A stretch of DNA of 64,000 bases from Candidatus Bathyarchaeota archaeon (GCA_052246995.1 JBQPWD010000006.1:64001-128000); one strand, 5' to 3'. Shown: positions 30,031 to 39,803, counted from the stretch's first letter. The notes: generated by a model from the sequence alone, not told the origin. Numbers and translations: made by a program.

Positions 30031-31158
30031 CTAAACCCCTCCATCTTTTTTAACATGGATTATACGCTCAGTACAAGCTAAACATGGGTCTATAGATAGA
30101 ACTATTACAGGTATGTCTGCAATCTCATATCCTGGAAGCATAGCAAGAAGGGGTGGAATGTTTGCAAGGGTTGGTGTTCGAATTTTAACCCTTTCAAGCC
30201 TATTTGTTCCATTTCCCTTAACGTAGTAGAAAAGTTCACCTCTAGGTTGCTCAACCCTAGCTACAGCCTCACCTTCAGGCCATTTTTCAGGTTTAACAGC
30301 AATTTCACCTTCAGGCATGGTTTTTAATGCTTCAAGGATTAAGTCTATAGCTTGATATACTTCATAAAGCCTTACAAGTGTTCGTGCGTAAGCATCACCA
30401 TCCTTCTCTACTATAGGCTCAAATTTAAGATGCTTGTATGCTTGATATCCCTCAAGCCTAATATCCTTCGCTACGCCACTTCCACGTGCAGTGGGACCTA
30501 CTGCTCCAAGCCTTAAAGCATCGTCATAAGATAAGAAGCCCTTACCCACTGTCCGTTTTTTAAATGCAGGATCTTTGAGAATTACTGGAGCAAGCTTGTC
30601 GACTCTTCTTTTAAGGTCTAACATACTTTCCTTAAAATGCTCAACCAATGGACCTGAAATATCTCTTCTAACCCCACCAACTATGCATGTTGAAATTATA
30701 ACCCTGTTTCCGCTTGTGCGTTCTTGGAGGTCCATTACAATCTCCCGGTCTCTCCAGAACTGCATAAAGAGACTTTCAAACCCCATAGCATCAGCAAAAA
30801 GGCCTAGCCATAAGAGGTGGCTTTCAAGCCTGTTAAGCTCAGCCCATATAACCCTTAAATATTTAGCTCTTTCAGGAACTTGAACATTTACAAGCTTTTC
30901 TAAAGCCATACAGTAGCATAAAGCATGCATAAAGTTGCATATTCCACAAACTCTTTCACATAGGTATACATTTCGTTGATAATCGTTAAGTTCACAAGCC
31001 CTCTCAATACCACGGTGGACGTAACCTATATTTACACCTACATCAACAATTTTCTCCTCGTCAACCATAAACCTAAGCTGAACTGGTTCAGGTAAAACTG
31101 GGTGCTGAGGGCCAAAAGGTAAAACGGTATACTTTCGCGTAGTTTTACCTTCACTCAT
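30031..31158 (-). CDS. echE: Ech [NiFe]-hydrogenase large subunit
   Basis: PFGPQHP, GYVHRGIE, ERVCGIC and DPCLAC Ni-binding pairs. The ATG at 31158 overlaps the upstream stop (ATGAGTGA). Confidence 0.95.
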   Translation of the reverse strand: MSEGKTTRKYTVLPFGPQHPVLPEPVQLRFMVDEEKIVDVGVNIGYVHRGIERACELNDYQRNVYLCERVCGICNFMHALCYCMALEKLVNVQVPERAKYLRVIWAELNRLESHLLWLGLFADAMGFESLFMQFWRDREIVMDLQERTSGNRVIISTCIVGGVRRDISGPLVEHFKESMLDLKRRVDKLAPVILKDPAFKKRTVGKGFLSYDDALRLGAVGPTARGSGVAKDIRLEGYQAYKHLKFEPIVEKDGDAYARTLVRLYEVYQAIDLILEALKTMPEGEIAVKPEKWPEGEAVARVEQPRGELFYYVKGNGTNRLERVKIRTPTLANIPPLLAMLPGYEIADIPVIVLSIDPCLACTERIIHVKKDGGV

Positions 31159-32929
31159 ACCAATCACACCTCCAACACCTTTTAGCTTCCTTAACAGCCT
31201 CCTCAACACTATAACCTAACTCAACTTCACTAAAACCTCTAACTCTCACTTCTACTGGAAGAAGTTTTATGGGGACCTTACTTAACTCTAAAACTTCTTC
31301 AACGTTAACTCTTGGAATAAGTTCTTCAATAAGCTCATACTCTTTAAGCCCACTTCCACCTAGATACCTGTCAATGGCGTTAGCAGCTTTCCATCCTGCA
31401 CCCACGGCTTCGGTAACTGAGGCTGGACCTGTTACAACATCACCACCAGCAAAAACTCCGCGTATGTTTGTTTCCAACGTTTTAGGGTTAACTTCAACTT
31501 GTCCACGCCTATCTAGTTTAAGCCTAGAAGTTTTAGGTGGTGTTGCAACTTGACCTATGGCTTTAATAAACGTGTCAGCTTCAACAGTAAACTCGCTTCC
31601 AGCTATGGCTTCAGGTCTAGGTCTGCCTGAAGCATCAGGTGCACCAAGTCGCATTCTTATAAACTCCATTTTTGCAGAAGAGCTTCCACCTAAAACTTTG
31701 GTTGGAGCGACAAGAAATTCGAATTTAACACCCTCAGCCTCAGCCTCTTCAACTTCTCTTGGTGATGCAGGCATCTCCTTCCTAGTCCTTCTGTAAAATA
31801 CTGTTACATCTTTAACTCCAAGCCTTAAAGAGACTCTAGCAGCATCCATAGCACTATTACCCCCACCAATAACAACAACTTTTTCACCAAGTTTAGGTTT
31901 TTTACCGTGGAGATTGACTTCCATTAAAAGTTGAAGACAGCTTAAAACTTTTGGATGGTCTTCACCCTCAATACCGAGCCTAGCATCCTGGTGTGCCCCT
32001 GTAGCTATGAAAATAGCGTCATAACCCTCATTCAAGAAGGTATCTAAATTCTCAATCTTCTTTTTAAGTTTAAGCTCAACTTCAGCTTCCTCCATTCTAG
32101 CATTAATTTCATCCTCTAAAATCTTTTTAGGAAGCCTATATTCAGGTATGTATGTAAGCATAGCTCCACCAGGTTTAGGAAGCTCGTCAAAAACTGTAAC
32201 CTCATGACCTAAAACGCCGAGATAGTAGGCTGCGGTTAAGCCTGCTGGACCTGCACCAATAACAGCAACCCTTTTACCAGTAGATTTAAGCTTTTTGATG
32301 TTGAGATTTTTGATACCAACATACTCAGCTACAAACCTTTTAAGCAGTCTTATAGATATAGGCTGACCATTTTTAGCCTGTCTACAACCATCCTCGCATG
32401 GAGCAAAGCAAACTCTTCCAAGAATGGCTGGGAAAGGAGTTTTTTTAAGGATTGTTTGAAAAGCATCCACGTATTTTCCTTGACTTATAAGTCTAACATA
32501 TCTTGGAACATCTATTTCAGCGGGACATTGTTGAGCACATCTTGCTTTTACCCTAAACTTTGGAGGTTGAACACCTACAGCAGGTTTTAAAAGGGTTGTT
32601 TGAGATGCATCAGCAGTTTTTAAAAGCCTCCCTCCAAGGTCAGGATTTAAACCTACAATGTTAAGGTTAAACATATCTTTTATCTCGTTTTCAGCAAGAA
32701 ATGCACAAGGATAAATACTAGTTATGCTTGGTAAAACATCACTTTTTCTAATTTTAACCTTAACATTTACAACCTTCAAGTTCTCTTCAAAATGATATAT
32801 AACCTCAAAAAATTCACCTAAATCTCTACATGTTATAGTTATAAATCTAGCATTAGACGCAGCAAGCTCGTAGATTTTGGGTATAAGGTCAGCTTTATCT
32901 ACAAATACATCAACAACATTAGTGGCCAA
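31151..32929 (-). CDS. EchD (NuoC-like) domain fused to a GltD/NfnB/SudA-like FAD- and Fe-S-containing NAD(P)H oxidoreductase
   Basis: About the first 115 aa: RFITITC...IYHF...PSITSIYPCAFLAENEIKDMF. Then CAQQCP, GRVCFAPCEDGC, GAGPAG, IPEYRLP, GGGNSAMDAAR, YRR, FAGGD and terminal EAKRCWRC. Confidence 0.92.
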   Translation of the reverse strand: MATNVVDVFVDKADLIPKIYELAASNARFITITCRDLGEFFEVIYHFEENLKVVNVKVKIRKSDVLPSITSIYPCAFLAENEIKDMFNLNIVGLNPDLGGRLLKTADASQTTLLKPAVGVQPPKFRVKARCAQQCPAEIDVPRYVRLISQGKYVDAFQTILKKTPFPAILGRVCFAPCEDGCRQAKNGQPISIRLLKRFVAEYVGIKNLNIKKLKSTGKRVAVIGAGPAGLTAAYYLGVLGHEVTVFDELPKPGGAMLTYIPEYRLPKKILEDEINARMEEAEVELKLKKKIENLDTFLNEGYDAIFIATGAHQDARLGIEGEDHPKVLSCLQLLMEVNLHGKKPKLGEKVVVIGGGNSAMDAARVSLRLGVKDVTVFYRRTRKEMPASPREVEEAEAEGVKFEFLVAPTKVLGGSSSAKMEFIRMRLGAPDASGRPRPEAIAGSEFTVEADTFIKAIGQVATPPKTSRLKLDRRGQVEVNPKTLETNIRGVFAGGDVVTGPASVTEAVGAGWKAANAIDRYLGGSGLKEYELIEELIPRVNVEEVLELSKVPIKLLPVEVRVRGFSEVELGYSVEEAVKEAKRCWRCDWYE

Positions 32930-32932
32930 CTT

Positions 32933-33376
32933 TTAACCACCCACCTTTTTTTCTGCAAGTTTTTGTAAGGCTAAAACTACTCCATCTATAATAGCTTCAG
33001 GCCTTGCGGCACAACCTGGAACATAAACATCAACAGGTATAACCTTATCAACCCCACCAAGTATATTTGGGCAGTTATGGAAAATACCACCTGAACATGC
33101 ACATGTACCTATGGCAACAACAACCTTAGGTTCAGGTGTTTGAGCATAAAGGGTTTTAAGCACCCTTGCATTTCTCCTGTTAGCTGGACCAGTTACAAGT
33201 AGAATGTCAGCATGCTTTGGGTTTCCCATGTGAAGCATTCCAAACCTTTCAACATCAAATCTTGGAGTTAAGCATGCCAAAACTTCTATATCGCAACCGT
33301 TACAGCTTCCACAGTTAAAATGTAGTATCCAAGGAGATTTAAGTCTGGCTTTAGCCATTAAACCCATACTAACCAC
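32933..33376 (-). CDS. echC: Ech hydrogenase small subunit
   Basis: SCNGCDIE, FDVERFG, GTCACSGG, YVPGCAARPEAI. Confidence 0.95.
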   Translation of the reverse strand: MVSMGLMAKARLKSPWILHFNCGSCNGCDIEVLACLTPRFDVERFGMLHMGNPKHADILLVTGPANRRNARVLKTLYAQTPEPKVVVAIGTCACSGGIFHNCPNILGGVDKVIPVDVYVPGCAARPEAIIDGVVLALQKLAEKKVGG

Positions 33377-34223
33377 CTCTAAGTAAAGCTACAGCTAAAA
33401 TGTTTGAAATTGTAAGAATAAAGCCTGCAATCCATGTAATCTTCAATAGCAGTTTCCAGGTAAGTCTTGGAAAGATGTTGTCAATAATCATAGTTATAAA
33501 GTAAAAGATGAAGGAGAGGACAGCTCCAAGCCATAGGTTTGGAGACCAGAAAATTGTAAGAAATGACAAGAAAAATACAAGTTTAAACCAGTGACCAAGC
33601 TCTATAAAAGCTAAAGAAAAGCCCGAGAACTCTGTAAAAACTCCGCGCACTATTTCTTGGTGTGCATGATGAGAAGCTGAAATATCAAATGGTGATTTTC
33701 TAGCTTCAACTGGTAAAATTATTAGAAGTGTAAGGAAAATTGCTGGAAGCATTGCTACTAGTGGAAAATTAAGCTGAAGAATGCTTGAAACAAGGAAGCT
33801 TTTAGTAACCATAAAAATCCCCATAATTGTTAAGATTAAGATTGGTTCACAGCTAAGCATTTGAAGAAGCTCCCTTCTTCCCCCAATATAGCTATAGGGA
33901 GACCTTCCAGCAAAACTTCCAACAACTAAACATACATCAGCCAGTGAAATAACAAACACTATTAACAAAAGGTCTTGAGCTAAAACTAGCAAACTAAAAG
34001 CAACAACTGAAAAAGCCATGTAGGAAAATGCAAGCAAAACCTGTAGATTGCTCGCAACAAAACTTTCTTTACCCCAAAGCTTTATTAAATCATAAAATGG
34101 TTGAATTATCGGTGGACCGATTCTGTTTTGTATTCTTGCTGTAAGCTTTCTATCTATCCCACTTAATATTCCACCTATAAATGGCGCTACAACCACAAGT
34201 ATAAGAGATAGATACCACTCCAT
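33369..34223 (-). CDS. echB: Ech membrane subunit (NuoH-like)
   Basis: GIDRKLTARIQNRIGPPIIQPFYD, KSPFDIS.SHHAHQEIV.G..TEFSG. Confidence 0.93.
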   Translation of the reverse strand: MEWYLSLILVVVAPFIGGILSGIDRKLTARIQNRIGPPIIQPFYDLIKLWGKESFVASNLQVLLAFSYMAFSVVAFSLLVLAQDLLLIVFVISLADVCLVVGSFAGRSPYSYIGGRRELLQMLSCEPILILTIMGIFMVTKSFLVSSILQLNFPLVAMLPAIFLTLLIILPVEARKSPFDISASHHAHQEIVRGVFTEFSGFSLAFIELGHWFKLVFFLSFLTIFWSPNLWLGAVLSFIFYFITMIIDNIFPRLTWKLLLKITWIAGFILTISNILAVALLRGG

Positions 34224-34227
34224 AACC

Positions 34228-36159
34228 TCACACCACCAGACTTAAAATGAAAACAAGTATTGCTAAAAATACGCCAATTAAGGTTACATATTTGTTGGTT
34301 TGAGCCTCACCAAGCCTTCTATCAAAGAACATTCCTGAGATTTCAAGCTTATATTCCAAGTCAGCTGTGGAGTGAAAGGTTGTTGATTCCTTACCAGCAA
34401 CATTTTCACCACACATATATGGAGGAACAGATTTTCCACCTTTAGCTCTAACAATAAGAAAACCTGTAAAGAAAATTAAAGCTAAAACTATGAAAAGCGG
34501 CCATATTGGAAAAGCTCCAACATTTGTTAAAATATTTAGCTGAGGAAGTGACAATTTAACTACGTACCATGGTTTTATTCCTGGAATTATTAGTGTTGAT
34601 ATGAAGATTGCTGCTAGAACGGTTACGATGATATCTAAAACTGTTATAGTAATGGTTGAGGTTAAGTATGGTGCTTGAAGTTTTTCAACCTTAGCTTTCC
34701 CGGTTCTAGGTGGGTGAAGAAGAAGATGCGCCATCCATTTTGCCCAGAAAAATGTTGTTGCAACACTTCCAACAACAACAATAACTACAAGGGATATTGC
34801 CCATTGAAGCGGCGTCTCAGATATTACAGCCTCCAAAGTTAACCATTTACCGACCAACATTCCAAATGGCGGGAGAAACATTGTAGACATACCTATAAGC
34901 ATAATTGTTGAGGTTAAGGGAAGTTTTGCCATAATACCCTCCCAATCTTCAATATTCCTACTATAAACCCTATTCTCAACAATTCCAGCTCCAAGAAAGA
35001 GTAAAGCCTTAGACATTGCGTGAAAAACAAGTAAAAGTAAAGCTGCAACCATAGCTAATGATGTATTAACCCCTGCACATAAAATTATAAGACCAAGATT
35101 TCCTATGGTAGAGTATGCTAATATACGTTTAGATTCTCTTTGAGTTATAGCTAAAATGGCTGTAACTAGAAAACTTAAACCTCCAACAGCAGCTATGGCT
35201 AAGCTTAAATATGTATCCTTAAAGGCTGGAACAATTCTAAGCACCAGATACACTCCAGCTTTAACCATGGTGCTGGAGTGTAGTAATGCTGAAACAGGAG
35301 TTGGAGCAATCATTGCCCCTAAAAGCCAACTATGAAATGGAACTTGTGCTGACTTTGTAAATGCTGCCAATGCTAAACAGGCAAAGGCTAAGAGTATAAT
35401 AGGTGAATGAGGGACTAACATAAGCTCGTTAAGACTTAAACTTCCAACTTGATAATAGCCTATAAAGATTGAAGCTACAAAAGCTACTCCGCCTATTAAC
35501 CCCATCCACAGGGCTAAAACAGCGTTTTTTACAGCTTGAGGTGTTTCATCATGCTTAATAAGCTGATAACAACATAACGTGGTAACTTCCCAGAAGAAGT
35601 ATAACCAGTAAAGGTTGTTAGCAAAAACTAAACCATTCATAGCTCCAAGAAAAAGTATCATATATAGGAAGAATCTAGGCTGCCTGGTTTCTGTTAAATG
35701 TAAATGTTCTTCATGCTCATCCATGTAGCTTAAAGCGTAAACACAAATAAGTGAACCTATAATGCAGACAATTAAGGCCATTATTATGGATAAGGAATCT
35801 ATCATAAACGTAGGTTTAACATGAACAACAGGAAGAGATAATTCAAAGTAGGCTAAAGGTATAATTTGAAGTAGAGTTAAGAAAACTACTAATGGATGTT
35901 TAACTCTGAAACCTATGTATAGGAAGTAAGCTAAAAGTGCAAAATCTAAGGCGACTATTACATCGTCCCAAATTTCATGTAAATTAAGAGTGTATAATGC
36001 TCCGTTAACCAATCTAACCAGTAAAAGTGAAGCTGTTATCAGAATGATGGTTGTTAAACTAACGAAAATCATCCGAGCTTTAGCATTCTTCAACCATCTA
36101 ACTATAAACCCCATAATTGGCGGAAAAACCACCAGCATAATTGGAATCCATTCATCCAT
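34228..36159 (-). CDS. echA: Ech antiporter-like membrane subunit (NuoL/MrpA-like)
   Basis: FFWEVTT, TKSAQVPFHSWLLGAMIAPTPVSALLHSSTMVKAG, LAYST, PPFGML..KW. Confidence 0.93.
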   Translation of the reverse strand: MDEWIPIMLVVFPPIMGFIVRWLKNAKARMIFVSLTTIILITASLLLVRLVNGALYTLNLHEIWDDVIVALDFALLAYFLYIGFRVKHPLVVFLTLLQIIPLAYFELSLPVVHVKPTFMIDSLSIIMALIVCIIGSLICVYALSYMDEHEEHLHLTETRQPRFFLYMILFLGAMNGLVFANNLYWLYFFWEVTTLCCYQLIKHDETPQAVKNAVLALWMGLIGGVAFVASIFIGYYQVGSLSLNELMLVPHSPIILLAFACLALAAFTKSAQVPFHSWLLGAMIAPTPVSALLHSSTMVKAGVYLVLRIVPAFKDTYLSLAIAAVGGLSFLVTAILAITQRESKRILAYSTIGNLGLIILCAGVNTSLAMVAALLLLVFHAMSKALLFLGAGIVENRVYSRNIEDWEGIMAKLPLTSTIMLIGMSTMFLPPFGMLVGKWLTLEAVISETPLQWAISLVVIVVVGSVATTFFWAKWMAHLLLHPPRTGKAKVEKLQAPYLTSTITITVLDIIVTVLAAIFISTLIIPGIKPWYVVKLSLPQLNILTNVGAFPIWPLFIVLALIFFTGFLIVRAKGGKSVPPYMCGENVAGKESTTFHSTADLEYKLEISGMFFDRRLGEAQTNKYVTLIGVFLAILVFILSLVV

Positions 36160-36261
36160 AAGAGCCCACCATTTAAAAAAAGATAAAATCTCTACGAGTT
36201 TTAAAGATTTTCATTTCATCCTTTTTACGTTTTTCTGCAAAAAACTAAAAAATTTAAAACC

Positions 36262-36286
36262 TTTTCATCATGAAAAATGATGAAAA
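36262..36286. promoter_or_regulatory. Perfect 10-5-10 inverted repeat upstream of echA
   Basis: TTTTCATCAT-GAAAA-ATGATGAAAA, immediately upstream (minus strand) of a TTTTAAAT TATA-like box at about 36252-36259. Confidence 0.6.
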
Positions 36287-36457
36287 CTCCAGATTGAGAG
36301 TTAGGAAAGTAAAACTTGTTAATTCTTGTTTTTTCATTGTTAGAGGTTAAACCATAATTTATCCGAAGTATTAAGCAAAACTTCTTAGTAGGTTGAAGAT
36401 TATAAATTCAACAAACTAATTTGATACTTCGCATATTCCTTAGTAGGTGAAACTACA

Positions 36458-37147
36458 TTGACACCTATAATAGTGTTTATTCATGGTGCAGGTGGAAACC
36501 AAAAAATTTGGATAAATCAAGTTCAACACTTTAAAAATTCGTTAGCTATCAACCTACCTGGCCACGATGGAGGAGGGGGTAAACGAAGTATTGACGAGTA
36601 TGTAGAGTATGTTAAACATTTTCTCGACGAAAAAAGTTTAAAAGAGGTTGTTTTAGTTGGGCATTCAATGGGTGGAGCTATAGCTCAAATGTTTGCATTA
36701 AAATACCCAAACTATTTAAAAGCATTAGTTTTAGTATGTACTGGAGCAAGACTTAGAGTTTTACCAGAAATACTTAAGTTGATAAAAGAGAGTTATGGTA
36801 AGGCTGTTGAACTCATTGTTAACATGGCTTTCTCAAGGAGTACAAGCCAAACTATTAAAAAACAGTTTATAGAAGAGCTACTAAAAGTTAAGCCTGAAGT
36901 AGTTTACGGAGACTTTGAAGCATGTGATAAATTTGATATTATGGATCAAATTGCTAATATAAAGGTTAAAACATTAATCATATGTGGCTCAGAAGACGTA
37001 TTAACACCTGTAAAATATTCTAAATATCTTAACGAAAAAATAGCTAACTCTGTTTTAAGGATAGTCGAGGGTTCAGGGCATATGGTTATGCTTGAAAAAC
37101 CTAAGGAATTTAACAGAACCCTAGAGGAATTTCTTAATCTGCTTTAA
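36458..37147 (+). CDS. Alpha/beta-fold hydrolase
   Basis: HGAGG, LPGH, GHSMGG nucleophile elbow, G.ED, GH catalytic His. Confidence 0.93.
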   Translation: MTPIIVFIHGAGGNQKIWINQVQHFKNSLAINLPGHDGGGGKRSIDEYVEYVKHFLDEKSLKEVVLVGHSMGGAIAQMFALKYPNYLKALVLVCTGARLRVLPEILKLIKESYGKAVELIVNMAFSRSTSQTIKKQFIEELLKVKPEVVYGDFEACDKFDIMDQIANIKVKTLIICGSEDVLTPVKYSKYLNEKIANSVLRIVEGSGHMVMLEKPKEFNRTLEEFLNLL

Positions 37148-37179
37148 ACCAAATTTAAAAAGGAAATTTCAAGATACTT

Positions 37180-38298
37180 CTAGTATACCCAATCTATTTC
37201 AAGTTTTTTGTTTGACTGAGTTAGCACCCTAATTATGCTTGTAACCACTATTAGAAGCCATAATGGTGAGAGTAGAAAGTAGAAGAGGAAAAATTCTGCA
37301 GGATTAAACATGTAATTTAATTTTCTTGCTAAAAGGTAGTAGAGAATGGTGCCAGCTACATAGCTTCCTAAAAGCAAAGTTAAATTTTTCATTAGTACTA
37401 TGAGAAAAATTAAAAACGTTGTTGGTATTAAGAAACCTAATTTTGAAGTTAAAAATGTTAAAAATAAAACTGCTAAACTTTCAGAGGAAATGCTTGGAAA
37501 AAAGAAATTTACAATAAAAATGGGTAAAAAAGGAGAAAGAATAAAAATTGATGGTATCAAAGTTTTTGGAAATTTAACAGTGACCTTTGCTAAAAGTTTG
37601 TAGTATTCCTTTATCCATAAAGCAGTTCCTGTTCCCCAGCGTTTTCTTTGCCTGTACCATGCCTTAAGATTTGAGGGAACTTTTGTATAAACCTCAACCT
37701 TTTCAGATTGTTTAAACCTTAAATTTTCTAGAAAAGACCGTGTTCCAAGGTCTAGGTCTTCGGAAACAACCCTTCTAAAACCACCTAATCTTTCAAATGA
37801 TTGTCTTTTTATTGCAAAAGCTGCACCGTTGAAACCTAGACATTTTTTTAATGTTTTAAAGAAAATCCAGTTGGCAATAGTATTACACAGGTAATCGTAA
37901 TGTGTTATTTTTGCAATAAAAGAATCTCTAATGGACTTCTTTTTTATGTCAAGCAAATCAAAATCTGAGATTTCCTCAACTATTGTCTTAAGAAAGCTGT
38001 TACCGTTTATATTTTCAGGTATTTGCACGTCGCTATCAAGAAACAAAAGAATGTCTCCTTCAGAATGTTTAAATGCCTCATTTAACGCGTTGGCTTTTCC
38101 AAGCCTGTGACCATTAAGAATAAATTTAACTTTATCCTTCAGTTTTTCAACCAATTCTAAGCTTTTCTCTGAGGGTTTATCTATAACACAGACAACATCC
38201 TTCATTGTGTAGGGGTCTTTAATCAAGCGTTGAAGTAAAGGTTCAAGTAAGCTGCTTTCCCTGTAAACTGGTATAAGCACACTTATTTTTTGCGACAC
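37180..38298 (-). CDS. GT2-family glycosyltransferase with C-terminal TM helices
   Basis: GKANALN, DSD, SEDLD, QRKRW (D,D,D,QxxRW). Confidence 0.92.
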   Translation of the reverse strand: MSQKISVLIPVYRESSLLEPLLQRLIKDPYTMKDVVCVIDKPSEKSLELVEKLKDKVKFILNGHRLGKANALNEAFKHSEGDILLFLDSDVQIPENINGNSFLKTIVEEISDFDLLDIKKKSIRDSFIAKITHYDYLCNTIANWIFFKTLKKCLGFNGAAFAIKRQSFERLGGFRRVVSEDLDLGTRSFLENLRFKQSEKVEVYTKVPSNLKAWYRQRKRWGTGTALWIKEYYKLLAKVTVKFPKTLIPSIFILSPFLPIFIVNFFFPSISSESLAVLFLTFLTSKLGFLIPTTFLIFLIVLMKNLTLLLGSYVAGTILYYLLARKLNYMFNPAEFFLFYFLLSPLWLLIVVTSIIRVLTQSNKKLEIDWVY

Positions 38299-38498
38299 CG
38301 TTCCACCTACACCAACAGAAATAGCAATTTTAACCTACATTCCCACTACTTTTCTATTTGTCTTAATATAGGCATGCATAATATAAACATACACTAAATT
38401 TTTGTTAAGAGCAACAGCTTTTTATTTCTTTCTCAAGAAATTACCTTATACAATAAGGTATTGTTTTTAAAACTTATTAAGTAAAAGGAGTCACAAAA

Positions 38499-39515
38499 AT
38501 GAAACACAAGACGAGGCTTAGCTTGAAAAATCTAATCATGGCGCTTGCCGGCCTTCTTTTGTTAGGATTTTTTCTTTTCACAGCGTCAGACTTAGAGGTT
38601 GTACTTAACCATGTTGTTTTGGCTAGGAAAGCTATGTACTCTTTAGCTTTTCTTTCGTTAATTGCTGGGGTGGTAGCTTACACCGCATCATGGTACGTTG
38701 TAGCTAAAACTGCAAAGCTTAATCTTAGCTTTAATTTTGCCTTAGCTACTACATGGAGCAGCATATTCTTTAATATTGTAACGCCTACAGCATCCGTAGG
38801 TGGAGAGATTGCACGCATCTACTTTGTCAGCCGTAAAAATGGTGAAGATTACGGAAACATAACTGCAACAGTCCTTCTTCATAGGGTTGCTTGTACAATA
38901 CCGTTTTTGACAGGTTCAGTAGTAGGCCTTGCCTATCTACTCAGTTTTTATAAAGTTTCGCTTATTTTGTTTCAAGTATTAGTTTTAATCTTGGCTGTTA
39001 TAAGCGTAATTTTAACTTTTACTATAATACTCTACATTAAACCTAACATTTTTTTCGCCATACTTCTTAGGCTGATAGGATTTTTCGGTAGAAAACAGGG
39101 AAAATTAAGAAGCATAACCAAAAGAATTCAAGATGTTGCCCTAAGATTTGACGAAAGCTTTAAAAACCTAAAAGCTAAAAGAGGAGTTCTCGTTATTTCT
39201 GTAAGCTTAGCCTTTGTTTCTTGGATTTTTGATGTTGCGGTAGCATACTTTGTTTTTCTCTCGTTAAATTATTCATTAAGCTTTTCAGCTATAATTTTCG
39301 TTTACACGATAGGTATGACTATTCAGATGCTTCCAGTAGGAATACCTGGTATGATAGGTGTGGTTGAAACAATAATGCCAATCCTTTATAACGTTATGGG
39401 AGTGCCTTTAAACCTCGGTATAGCTGCAACATTGATGATAAGGTTGGTTATGTTGTGGTTTCAGGCTGCTTTAGGAGGTATCTTTACACTTATTACGCAA
39501 AAAACGTTAAAATAA
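38499..39515 (+). CDS. Lysylphosphatidylglycerol-synthase-TM / UPF0104 flippase-like membrane protein
   Basis: FFNIVTP.ASVGGE..R, PGMIGVVE, multiple TM helices, divergent from the GT2 gene. Confidence 0.85.
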   Translation: MKHKTRLSLKNLIMALAGLLLLGFFLFTASDLEVVLNHVVLARKAMYSLAFLSLIAGVVAYTASWYVVAKTAKLNLSFNFALATTWSSIFFNIVTPTASVGGEIARIYFVSRKNGEDYGNITATVLLHRVACTIPFLTGSVVGLAYLLSFYKVSLILFQVLVLILAVISVILTFTIILYIKPNIFFAILLRLIGFFGRKQGKLRSITKRIQDVALRFDESFKNLKAKRGVLVISVSLAFVSWIFDVAVAYFVFLSLNYSLSFSAIIFVYTIGMTIQMLPVGIPGMIGVVETIMPILYNVMGVPLNLGIAATLMIRLVMLWFQAALGGIFTLITQKTLK

Positions 39516-39803
39516 AGGTCAACTCTCTAGTAAACTTTTTATCTACGGTTTTTTGCGGGTAATTGCTAGTTTTTATGTTAGCAGTTTTATCATTTTATTG
39601 CATTAAATTATCATTAGTTTGACAGTTTGGCGGGGTTTGGTTAAAAATCCTTTGGTTAGGAATAGCAAAGTTCATCTTGTAACTGCTTTCGTAAACGTAT
39701 AACGATAAACCTTAAAGTTGTTGTCATCAGGTATCTACAACCTCTTATTTTTAGGGAGAAAACGTAACATTCATATAGTTGTAATAGATAAATCCTAAAG
39801 AAA

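Noticed and set aside
31159-31209. Longer EchE N-terminus given by the ORF track (start 31209)
   Set aside because: It overlaps the cysteine-containing C-terminus of the upstream fusion gene. The ATG at 31158 with ATGAGTGA coupling fits better.
29690-36159. Interpretation as a non-hydrogenase complex (Mbx/Mbs, Fpo-like or Ehr)
   Set aside because: The large subunit retains all four Ni-ligating cysteines, and the gene count and order match echA-F.
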